Shown here: positions 44,049-52,767 of the stretch, one piece after another
Numbering within the stretch: position 1 is the stretch's first letter
How the letters are laid out: each line of letters starts with the position of its first letter
From: Methanomethylovorans hollandica DSM 15978
Lineage (GTDB): Archaea > Halobacteriota > Methanosarcinia > Methanosarcinales > Methanosarcinaceae
DNA length: 64,000 nt
Direction: 5' to 3'
NCBI RefSeq assembly: GCF_000328665.1
Contig: NC_019977.1
Span: 992,001 to 1,056,000, forward strand
The notes under the pieces: model-generated
What the model was told of the DNA's origin: nothing
Database searches by the model: none
What the model saw: only the letters and a program-made list of their open reading frames with translations
Translations under genes and position numbers: made by a program

Positions 44049-44585
44049 TTATTTCACATTATTTGCAGTATTGTGCAAAGCACCTGAGTACATTTTAAAA
44101 GCTATCTGGTTGTAACACACCAGGATTACTTCATCAATAGTTTTCACTTCAGTGAGGAAATCCCACACGGACCGAACAGCGATGCCCGCAGCCCTCTCTA
44201 CAGGAAAACCATAAGCACCTATGCTTATTCCCGGAAATGCGATCGATCCTATGTCATATTGGTGTGCAAGTTCCAGAGAGCTCTGATATGCACGGTAAAG
44301 CATTTTTTCCTCTCCGTGCATGCCTCCTTTCCATACGGGTCCTACAGTGTGTATCACCCATTTTGCAGGCAGGCTGTACCCTTTGGTGATCCTCGCCTCT
44401 CCTGTGGGACATCCTCCAAGCTTACGGCATTCCTCAAGCAGTTTGGGACCTGCTGCCCGGTGGATCGCTCCGTCCACTCCTTCTCCGCCAAGCAAAGAAT
44501 TGTTAGCTGCATTAACGATGGCATCGACATGCTGTGTCACGATGTCATCCATTATGACAGATATCCTTTCAGCTACTTCCGTCAC
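44049..44585 (-). CDS. Macro domain O-acetyl-ADP-ribose deacetylase (YmdB-like)
   Basis: [34 protein letters not shown]; start uncertain (GTG 44585). Confidence 0.9.
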   Translation of the reverse strand: MTEVAERISVIMDDIVTQHVDAIVNAANNSLLGGEGVDGAIHRAAGPKLLEECRKLGGCPTGEARITKGYSLPAKWVIHTVGPVWKGGMHGEEKMLYRAYQSSLELAHQYDIGSIAFPGISIGAYGFPVERAAGIAVRSVWDFLTEVKTIDEVILVCYNQIAFKMYSGALHNTANNVK

Positions 44586-44697
44586 TTTGATGCTCCTTGT
44601 ACTTTGAATACGTTTTAGATCTCTGTGGATATAAATCCTGAGCCATCCGGATGATGGATATGTACAATAAAATACTAATAAAGACAATTATCACTGC

Positions 44698-46179
44698 ATG
44701 GACCAGCGTACACAAAGTATACTCTCGTTATTCGAAGTGATAAGTAGCATTCCACGGAGTTCCAAACATGAGGAGCGCATAGCCAGCTGGCTTAAGGAAT
44801 GGGCTTTATCCCACCGACTTAGCTTCAAGTCCGACAGTGTGAATAATGTAATGATAACTGTCCCTCCTTCTGTGGGGTATGAGAGCTCCCCCACGGTGGT
44901 CATCCAGGGCCATATGGATATGGTATGTGAGAAAGCAGAGTCCTCTCCTCACGATTTCAGCTGCGATCCCATTAAGCTTATCTATGATGGGGATTGGCTG
45001 CGGGCAGATGGCACTACCCTGGGGGCGGACAATGGCATTGCTCTGGCTATGGCACTTGAACTTGCACAGGATCCTGGCATTAAGCATCCTCCTCTGGAAT
45101 TGCTTTTTACTGTGGACGAGGAGACATCCATGCAGGGTGCCAGTGCCCTTGCTCCAGACTTAATTTCCGGACAGGTCTTCCTCAATCTCGATTCCGAAGA
45201 AGAAGGAGTATTCATTGCAGGTTGTGCAGGTGGTGTTACCACCAACATTGAAATGGAACTGGAGTGTGTGCCTGTTCCTGATTCGTATGGCATATGTAAG
45301 CTAGTTGCCGAAGGCATGGCTGGCGGTCATTCCGGTGTGGATATCCATGAAAAAAGGGCCAATTCCAATAAAGTGCTTGCAGCTGCCATTGACAGGCTGA
45401 TGCGTTTCAAGGATGCACATCTCAAGGACACGCATTTTAAGGACCCTGGTATACTTCTGATATCTGCAGATGGGGGTAAGGCACACAATGCCATTCCCAG
45501 ATACTCGCAGGCTATCCTGGCTTATCCTGTCGATAGTCTGCCGCAGATGGAATCGACCATTGCACAACTGGAAAGTGAATTGCGCCCAGAGTATGCTGAA
45601 AGAGAGCCGGGATTAACCCTGCGGCTTGAAAAGGTACACAAGGATGATACATATAAGGCAATTGCCCCCGAAATTACAATGAAGCTCTTGGGCCTTTTGC
45701 TGGATCTGCCTTGTGGCATCGTTTCCATCTCATCTGCCATGCCGGACTGTGTGGAAACATCCTGCAACCTTGCAGTGATCAAAACTGCACAGGATAAGAT
45801 CACCATTATCACAAGCCAGAGGAGTTCCGATATGGTCAGGCTTGGGGAGCTTACCGGCCGAATAGGCTCAATGGGTGGATCAGTGGGGGGAGCGGTACAT
45901 AACAGCGAAGGCTATCCTGCATGGAAGCCGGATATGGCTTCGCCTTTGCTGCGAAAATGTGAAGATGTCTATGAGTCTACCTTTGGAGAAAAGCCGGAAG
46001 TAGAGGTCATTCATGCCGGTCTTGAATGTGCAGTCATCGGGTCTAAGTTCATGGATCTGGATATGGTCTCGTTCGGACCTACCATAAAGAACCCCCATTC
46101 ACCCGATGAGCGGCTTTATATCCCTTCAGTCTCACGGACATGGGAGTTCCTTGTAGCACTGCTTGCTTCTTTCAGGTGA
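44698..46179 (+). CDS. pepD: Aminoacyl-histidine dipeptidase (M20C)
   Basis: QGHMDMV, TLGADNG, DEE, LNLDSEE, GGHSG, HAGLEC, HSPDE. Confidence 0.92.
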   Translation: MDQRTQSILSLFEVISSIPRSSKHEERIASWLKEWALSHRLSFKSDSVNNVMITVPPSVGYESSPTVVIQGHMDMVCEKAESSPHDFSCDPIKLIYDGDWLRADGTTLGADNGIALAMALELAQDPGIKHPPLELLFTVDEETSMQGASALAPDLISGQVFLNLDSEEEGVFIAGCAGGVTTNIEMELECVPVPDSYGICKLVAEGMAGGHSGVDIHEKRANSNKVLAAAIDRLMRFKDAHLKDTHFKDPGILLISADGGKAHNAIPRYSQAILAYPVDSLPQMESTIAQLESELRPEYAEREPGLTLRLEKVHKDDTYKAIAPEITMKLLGLLLDLPCGIVSISSAMPDCVETSCNLAVIKTAQDKITIITSQRSSDMVRLGELTGRIGSMGGSVGGAVHNSEGYPAWKPDMASPLLRKCEDVYESTFGEKPEVEVIHAGLECAVIGSKFMDLDMVSFGPTIKNPHSPDERLYIPSVSRTWEFLVALLASFR

Positions 46180-46231
46180 TATTTTATACTTGCTCATAAC
46201 AAATATGATTAAAGATTAAAGAGGGGAGTCT

Positions 46232-47206
46232 ATGAAACAATTTCCAAAACCTATAGTGGTAGTCAGCAGATGTCTGGAATTCGATAAGGTACGGTATGAT
46301 GGCCAGGTGATACATTCTCGCATTGTCAGGGATCTGGAGCCTTTTGTGGATTTCGTTAAAGTGTGCCCGGAAGTGGAGATCGGGCTCGGTGTGCCGCGGG
46401 AGACCATCCGGATAGTGCGCAAGGACGGCTCTTACAGGCTTGTTCAGCCAGCCACCGGTGAAGATCTCACGGATAGGATGAACTCTTTTACCGAGGGTTT
46501 CATAAAGGATTTGCAGGAAGTGGATGGTTTTATATTCAAGTCCAAATCCCCGACCATAGGTCTTCGCAACATCAAAATATATGCAGGTGCAGAGAACGCA
46601 CCTGTGGTGGAAAGGGGCACTGGTTTCTTTGCAGGTAAACTGCTGGAAAATTATCCGGGCTATCCGCTGGAAGAAGATGACAGGCTGCGCAATACCAGGA
46701 TAAGGCAGCATTATCTCACTCACCTGTATACATTTGCAGATCTGCGAAAGCTCAGGAAGTCTGCAAGCCTTAAGGATGTGCAGGATTTCCTGAAAAGGAA
46801 CGAATTCCTTTTCCTGGCCTATAACAGGGATATACAGAAAAAGATGTTCGCACTGGTGCAGGATGGCTCGAAACCCATCGGCAATATACTGGGAGAACTT
46901 GAGTCTCTACTTAAACAATTGATGGTGAGTGCACCGGACCATGAGGCGAACATTGAGGCTGCAAGGGCAATGTTCCAGTCGGTGGCTACTGATGTCTCTG
47001 AAAAGGAAAAGCAGTTCTTTGAGGCTGTGCTTGGCCGTTATGAACAGAACAAAATATGTTTCAGCACGGTTCTGGAATTGCTGAAACTGCAGTTGCTTAT
47101 GTCTGGCAAGGACCCTGCATATCATTCGTTTATATTGCCATATCCCGAAGAGCTTATAATGGAAGTGGATGAGGACAGGGACAAGGACTTCTGGAAGCAG
47201 AGCTGA
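46232..47206 (+). CDS. DUF523 (TudS-like) + DUF1722 fusion protein
   Basis: SRCL...VRYDG, CPEVEIGLGVPR, GFIFK.KSP, G.GFFA, EEDDRL; C-terminal PYPEEL. Confidence 0.82.
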   Translation: MKQFPKPIVVVSRCLEFDKVRYDGQVIHSRIVRDLEPFVDFVKVCPEVEIGLGVPRETIRIVRKDGSYRLVQPATGEDLTDRMNSFTEGFIKDLQEVDGFIFKSKSPTIGLRNIKIYAGAENAPVVERGTGFFAGKLLENYPGYPLEEDDRLRNTRIRQHYLTHLYTFADLRKLRKSASLKDVQDFLKRNEFLFLAYNRDIQKKMFALVQDGSKPIGNILGELESLLKQLMVSAPDHEANIEAARAMFQSVATDVSEKEKQFFEAVLGRYEQNKICFSTVLELLKLQLLMSGKDPAYHSFILPYPEELIMEVDEDRDKDFWKQS

Positions 47207-47210
47207 TCTC

Positions 47211-48305
47211 ATGGATGAATTGCAGGGACTGGCTGATCAGTGTATCGATTGTAAGAAGTGCTGGGATGTATGCCCTGTGAATATGGTTACAGCAGGCGAC
47301 ATCTATACTCCTCAGGGCAAGATCGGGTCATTGTCAAAGATACTTGCAGGGGAGGAGCTGACAGAGAACGAGTTCAATAATATCTACCTTTCCACGAGAT
47401 GCGGTGCCTGTGATGATGTATGTCCTGTGGATATTCCCATTACGCAGATCATCCAGTACGAGCGCAAGCTGCTGGCAGAGCAGGGCAGGGAGCCTGCAAA
47501 GACCACCCTTATCTCAAAGAACATCCTGGAGAAGAACAGTCCGGGAGGCAAGGACCCGGCTCTGAGGTTCTCATGGGTGACGCCTGACCTTGAGATCGCT
47601 GAAAGTTCGGATGTGGCTTACATGGCCGGGTGCTGGGTAGCCTACAGCCATCCGGAGATCGCCCAGTCCACTATCAGGTTGCTCAATAAGGCTGGCATCA
47701 AGCCCATGATACTGAAAGAGGAGAAATGCTGCGGCATTTTCCTTATCGACAGCGGCCATCTGGATGAGATAGCAGCACATGGCGAGAGATATATGGAATA
47801 CATCGAGTCCCTGGGTGTGAAAAAGCTGCTGGTCTCCTGTCCGGGATGCTATCACAGCATCAGGGATTCGTATGCTGAGCTGTGCAGAGCTCCCAAGTTC
47901 GAAGTGGAGCTTACTATAAATGTGTTCAAGGAACTGCTGGACGAAGGCAAACTGAAGCCAAAAGAACTAAACCGGATCGTGGCTATCAGGGATGCCTGTC
48001 CCATACGTCATCTTGCAGGCGTTCCCAGGTACATCCTCAGGACCATCGGTGTAGAGGTCATCGAGCTATTCGATGGCAAGACACGGTGTTGCGGTGGTCC
48101 GGGCGGCCTCAAGCCCAACTTCCCCCAGATCTCCGGGGATATCGCCATGATGGCTGTCAACAGGTACAAAGAGGTCTCAGACACCCTGGTCTCATATTGC
48201 CCGTTCTGCATGCACCACACCGAAGGCGTCTGCAAGGAACGCAACGCAGAACTGAACATGAAGGACATTTCGGTGCTGCTGGCTGAGAGCGTGCTGGGGG
48301 AGTGA
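47211..48305 (+). CDS. Fe-S oxidoreductase with ferredoxin-like and two CCG domains (HdrD/GlcF-like)
   Basis: CIDCKKCWDVCP, STRCGACDDVCP, GC...CCG...CPGC, AC...CCG...CPFC. Confidence 0.85.
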   Translation: MDELQGLADQCIDCKKCWDVCPVNMVTAGDIYTPQGKIGSLSKILAGEELTENEFNNIYLSTRCGACDDVCPVDIPITQIIQYERKLLAEQGREPAKTTLISKNILEKNSPGGKDPALRFSWVTPDLEIAESSDVAYMAGCWVAYSHPEIAQSTIRLLNKAGIKPMILKEEKCCGIFLIDSGHLDEIAAHGERYMEYIESLGVKKLLVSCPGCYHSIRDSYAELCRAPKFEVELTINVFKELLDEGKLKPKELNRIVAIRDACPIRHLAGVPRYILRTIGVEVIELFDGKTRCCGGPGGLKPNFPQISGDIAMMAVNRYKEVSDTLVSYCPFCMHHTEGVCKERNAELNMKDISVLLAESVLGE

Positions 48306-48400
48306 GACTATATAACATTATTTCATTTTTAATTTATCCAAATTAATACTTTAACTAAAAAATGAAAGGATATGTGTGAAATGCCCTCCTAAAAATCAAA

Positions 48401-50947
48401 TTATCCTTTGCTGTGCTCTTGAACACGAACTAAATATTTCTCTAAATGTGAAGTGTCTAGATTAAACTCTATTAATTTATCAAGGATTATTTTTTCGGAC
48501 AAACTTCTTTTATCTGGCAATGATTTATAAAAAGAAGAAATGCTATTTTTCAACAAATTTAATTGTTCTTCTTTAATTACCCATGCAGCATCACTTAAAT
48601 GTGCAACTGAGGATAACATATTTGATGGATGGATAAAAACAGGTTTTACCATAGAATTTTCATAAGTGTTTTTAAACCAAGATATGCTATTTTGCATTTG
48701 TCCCGATTCATCTTTTGAAATGTCATCGCGACTTAATTTTACTTGGTTTTTACATTCAATTACCCAATAAGACTTATTGCCTATAAACCATAAATTGTCA
48801 GGACCATCATCACTTACTTTTTCAGGCCTTTCTGAAATCAAACCCAACAATTCCCCAGTTTCTTTTATGCCTTCTTCAAATCTATCACTATCTACACCAA
48901 AATTAACTTTATCTAGAATCTGCTCAACGGCCAATATTAATGAACTTCGCGATTCTTTGCTCCTAATATATTCTGATATAACTTCTGCCCGGTTTTTTCC
49001 TTTTGCATCATGTTTAGAATAGCGTAGCCCTGCTTCAGGTTTAGATAGTCGAGAATTAACTTCATATGCTTTGATTTGAACGTCCATAGAATTTGTGGGA
49101 TCAGTAGCATATAAATAAGTTGATTTTAATTGCAAGTACCACCCACGGTCATCATGGGACTCTGATTTGGATATTAAATCATCAATAGTAGAAATTGTCT
49201 TAATAAGTTGACCATTCATGTAGTTTACTTCTGCTTCTCTTTCTAAAATGGAATTATTAAGATAGTCCTCATCCAATGTGAATCCTTTTAACTTGCTCAT
49301 TTCTAGCTTGTAATATTCTTTCCATCCTGCATCTCTGTCAATAGATTGCTGAATAGTTTCTTCTATTTTTGAGAGTGTAGCTCCTTCTTCTATCATTGCC
49401 GAAGTTAAAGTATCTCCAATCTCAATTTGTTTTTGTGCTTCCTCAGAAAGATACTGTTTCTTTTTTGTTTCTGAAAAGAAATTTGTTAAATCATTTCCGA
49501 TTACAATTACAATACACCAATCACTAATACCTCTAATAGCTCTTCCCATACCTTGTTCAATTCTTTGTGCAATCTGCCGATTTACTATTTTGGAATCTCC
49601 TCTTACTTTTTGAATGTATTTAGCCATTAATGAGGTATAATCAGGAAATGAATCTAGAACTAAAATTCTACATATATCATCTGGCAAATCGATTCCATCA
49701 TAAGCATTTACTAAAACCAATACATTATCTGCACTTTTTATTTTTATTTTCCCATTTAAAAAGTTAATATTTTGAATTACATCAGTAGATGTTGCTATAT
49801 TGGCTCCTAATGATTTCCATTCATTGGTTTTATAATAGGAAGGTACAATACTTACAACACCAAAATTTTTGTTTCGATTGGATATAGATGTAATCCACTT
49901 TATTAAATTTAATCTAGTAAGCCCAGTATTTACATTTGTAGGGAACAAAATTAGCCGCTCACCACTATATTTTAATATATCATACCTTAAAGGCTGACGA
50001 ACGCTTTCAGGATTAATTCCCAAATCCCTTACCAAAAATGAATCTTCAGTCAAAGTTGCAGACATAAAAAATCTTTTAGGTGCTTTATCAAAAGAAGGAA
50101 TTTGTGAGATTGAAATCAAGCGGGGGGCGATTTCAATTTTTTTCCCAGAAATCACACAATTACAATTTTTCAGCTCATTTTTTAATAAATTCCATGAAAA
50201 CTTAATGTTCTCATTGTCTTTATTATTTGCAAAAATGTTAATTATATCACTAATATTATCTTGCCACTTCCAAAATGGAACTGCTAAGAAACAATTTTCT
50301 TCGTTTTCTATATCAATACAAGTACCATGTCCTTGGTAATTGAGTGTTGATTTAAAAATATCCCAAAGTTGTTTGTAAATTGGATTTATAGACTTATCTT
50401 TTTGGTACTTATCAATAATAAATGAAAAAGATTCACGTATTATGTCTAAACACTTGTGGGCATCATCCATTAGAATTGCCCCGGGTATTATTTCTTCATG
50501 AAGTGAATCTCTTAATCCAAAGACGGACTTCCCATTAAAAACCTTTTTGCATGTAGTTACTAATATCGCTTCAGCGTTCAAGAAATCAATTGGGAACGGA
50601 CTATTCTCTTCAAATTCCACCGTCTTTATTCCAAATATTTTAGCGTGTGCTACCGTTTGAGCCACCAAATATGTATTTGGACAAAGATACACTACTGGCT
50701 CTTTAGTTTCATTTAATACTGATTGGAGCATGAGTAGTCCTATTAAAGTTTTACCTTGTCCAGTAGGTAACTTTACAATCACGTCTCTTTTGTTTTTATA
50801 GTCTTCATACCATCTCTTTAATACATGTTCTTGTGAGGGTCTAAGGCCTCCAATACTACTTTCTTTATCGAGATTTTCAAATATTTTAATTGGATCTGTT
50901 TCAAGCGTCAGTTCTTTCTTGCCAAGTAGCTTTTTATAATCGACTAT
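48401..50947 (-). CDS. SF2 (DinG-like) helicase fused to a PD-(D/E)xK nuclease, Hna-like anti-viral protein; 848 aa from ATA 50947
   Basis: Q-motif LRPSQ, LPTGQGKT, DDAH, MSAT, YDGIDLPD, QGMGRAIR; C-terminal GPDNLW...VIECKN; visibly AT-rich. Confidence 0.75.
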   Translation of the reverse strand: MVDYKKLLGKKELTLETDPIKIFENLDKESSIGGLRPSQEHVLKRWYEDYKNKRDVIVKLPTGQGKTLIGLLMLQSVLNETKEPVVYLCPNTYLVAQTVAHAKIFGIKTVEFEENSPFPIDFLNAEAILVTTCKKVFNGKSVFGLRDSLHEEIIPGAILMDDAHKCLDIIRESFSFIIDKYQKDKSINPIYKQLWDIFKSTLNYQGHGTCIDIENEENCFLAVPFWKWQDNISDIINIFANNKDNENIKFSWNLLKNELKNCNCVISGKKIEIAPRLISISQIPSFDKAPKRFFMSATLTEDSFLVRDLGINPESVRQPLRYDILKYSGERLILFPTNVNTGLTRLNLIKWITSISNRNKNFGVVSIVPSYYKTNEWKSLGANIATSTDVIQNINFLNGKIKIKSADNVLVLVNAYDGIDLPDDICRILVLDSFPDYTSLMAKYIQKVRGDSKIVNRQIAQRIEQGMGRAIRGISDWCIVIVIGNDLTNFFSETKKKQYLSEEAQKQIEIGDTLTSAMIEEGATLSKIEETIQQSIDRDAGWKEYYKLEMSKLKGFTLDEDYLNNSILEREAEVNYMNGQLIKTISTIDDLISKSESHDDRGWYLQLKSTYLYATDPTNSMDVQIKAYEVNSRLSKPEAGLRYSKHDAKGKNRAEVISEYIRSKESRSSLILAVEQILDKVNFGVDSDRFEEGIKETGELLGLISERPEKVSDDGPDNLWFIGNKSYWVIECKNQVKLSRDDISKDESGQMQNSISWFKNTYENSMVKPVFIHPSNMLSSVAHLSDAAWVIKEEQLNLLKNSISSFYKSLPDKRSLSEKIILDKLIEFNLDTSHLEKYLVRVQEHSKG

Positions 50948-51240
50948 AAAAATCCCTCAGAAGGATCATTTAATTGTTAATGAATATCAATATATGGCAA
51001 GCTATTCGCAATAAATATTCCTATGTTTCTCCTTCAAAATTGAATGTATGACTTTTCTAGTCCAGCAAATGAAAATACACTAATGTTAGAAACCTTAGAT
51101 AGAAAATTATTCGTATCACTTCTCATTTATCCAAAATATGAATTTTAGTCTATGACTATTCAGCTTCATAATCGAATATTCGCTGACATCGTGATCTTTC
51201 TGCATACATGACGTCCATAGCTAAGATTTTACCCTCGCTC

Positions 51241-51540
51241 CTATTCTCTTCTTACTTTCTCTTCCCATCCCTCATTAACCGCCTCCATCTTCTCCTTACC
51301 AAACACCCCTTCCACAGCATCGCACATCGCAATGACCCTCTCCATATCATGTGGTTCGGGCTCTCCATGGTAATAATCATCCAGGGAGCCGGTGTCGAAG
51401 ATCTTGTCCAGGGGCTTTATCTCTGTGTTCATTTCAGCAGGCACATTCACAAGCTTTTCCACGCTGTGGACCTAACCTTCGTCCCGGAACTGTTTCGCTC
51501 TGCGTAGGTATGCTTTTGCGTCCAGATCGGTAGTTTGCAT
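51241..51540 (-). pseudogene. Possible decayed HEPN-like ORF with internal TAG (51472-51474)
   Basis: ATG 51540 is in frame through the TAG with HSVEKL...LDDYY...ERVIAMC, which loosely resembles HEPN domains. Confidence 0.35.
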
Positions 51541-51675
51541 ATACTTTCAGTTTTGTTTGGAAAGTGCAATTGATGGAAGTCAGACGATTTGTAGAGGATC
51601 GGGAAAAAGAAAAAAAGAAGTTTTTTCACAAAATGATACACAAGGTCCAGAGGACCTGTGCATCCCAGGTTCACT

Positions 51676-52494
51676 TCAGTTCGAAGGAACCTTTACATCC
51701 AGGTGGATACCGTAGTACGCATACTGCGGAACAGTTATTGTAGCACTGCTGCCGGAGAACGTGCCCTTGTATGTGGTAAATTTACCGGGGGCTGGATTCT
51801 TCGCAGGTGGTACAGCTGTGTATCCCTGGATCTTCAGGTTTTCCTGTACATCAGAGAAAACTGCTCCATTCTTCAGGTTGATGGTGATGGTCACTTTCCC
51901 ATTGACAGGTGCTGAGAACGTGACAGTGCCTGCATCTATTTTTTGACCGGCATAGATCGTAACAGTATTTCCGCTCTTATAAGTGGTATATGTTGCCCAG
52001 TTGCCCTTAGGGACATATCTGTCACCGGCTGCCCAAGCGGTCTCCTCCTTATAGCAAACCTTGTCTTGCTGGTTTACGAAATTCAGGTTCTGGACCACAT
52101 TTATGCCGTCACTTCCTCCACTTAAGGTCACCTCATGGTAGCCAGTTGACGGGAATAGCTGTGTCCATCCGGTTTCCATGTTTTCGTAGACATAATAGGT
52201 TCCGTATACGGTACCTTTGTATTCAGGGTATACAGGCAACTTTCCAAGTTTTTCGCTGAAATTGTAATGCCCTGATGCATCTGTAGTTGTCTGAGCTAGA
52301 AGAACTGGTTCAGTTGTACCCACAGATTTGTACAGCTTAATAGTCCAGCCCTGCAGAGGATGATCTGTATAGGGGGTCCCATCGCCAAGTTCCTGGTATT
52401 TATAACCAGATATCTCACAAGCAGTTGCTACAGACACCAAGCCAAGTACGGCTACTGTCAGCAGCATTACTGGCATTAATTTGGAATATGTCAT
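51676..52494 (-). CDS. Secreted protein with an SdrD-B/Cna-B-like domain
   Basis: Signal peptide, ISGYKY...GWTIKL...TTTDASGHYNF...G.YYVYE...GWTQ...NF.N pattern. Confidence 0.7.
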   Translation of the reverse strand: MTYSKLMPVMLLTVAVLGLVSVATACEISGYKYQELGDGTPYTDHPLQGWTIKLYKSVGTTEPVLLAQTTTDASGHYNFSEKLGKLPVYPEYKGTVYGTYYVYENMETGWTQLFPSTGYHEVTLSGGSDGINVVQNLNFVNQQDKVCYKEETAWAAGDRYVPKGNWATYTTYKSGNTVTIYAGQKIDAGTVTFSAPVNGKVTITINLKNGAVFSDVQENLKIQGYTAVPPAKNPAPGKFTTYKGTFSGSSATITVPQYAYYGIHLDVKVPSN

Positions 52495-52767
52495 TTTTTC
52501 CCTCCGTTTTTAGATCTTCTCCCTCGTCTAGGATGCGTTATCCTTTTTGGCCTTGCTTGTTTGCAGGCTAGGGTAAGATCTACACTCAAACATCGATTAT
52601 TCAAGTATTTAAACATCATGAATATATTAAATATGTTGATACTCATAATGATGAGGTCTGAGTATTGCAGGATATGTTGCTTCCACTCTTGGCAGGGCTT
52701 TTGCAACAGTCAAAACTCTATAAAACTACCCTCAAAGGAAGCAGCAATATATAAGTGCCTAAAAATG

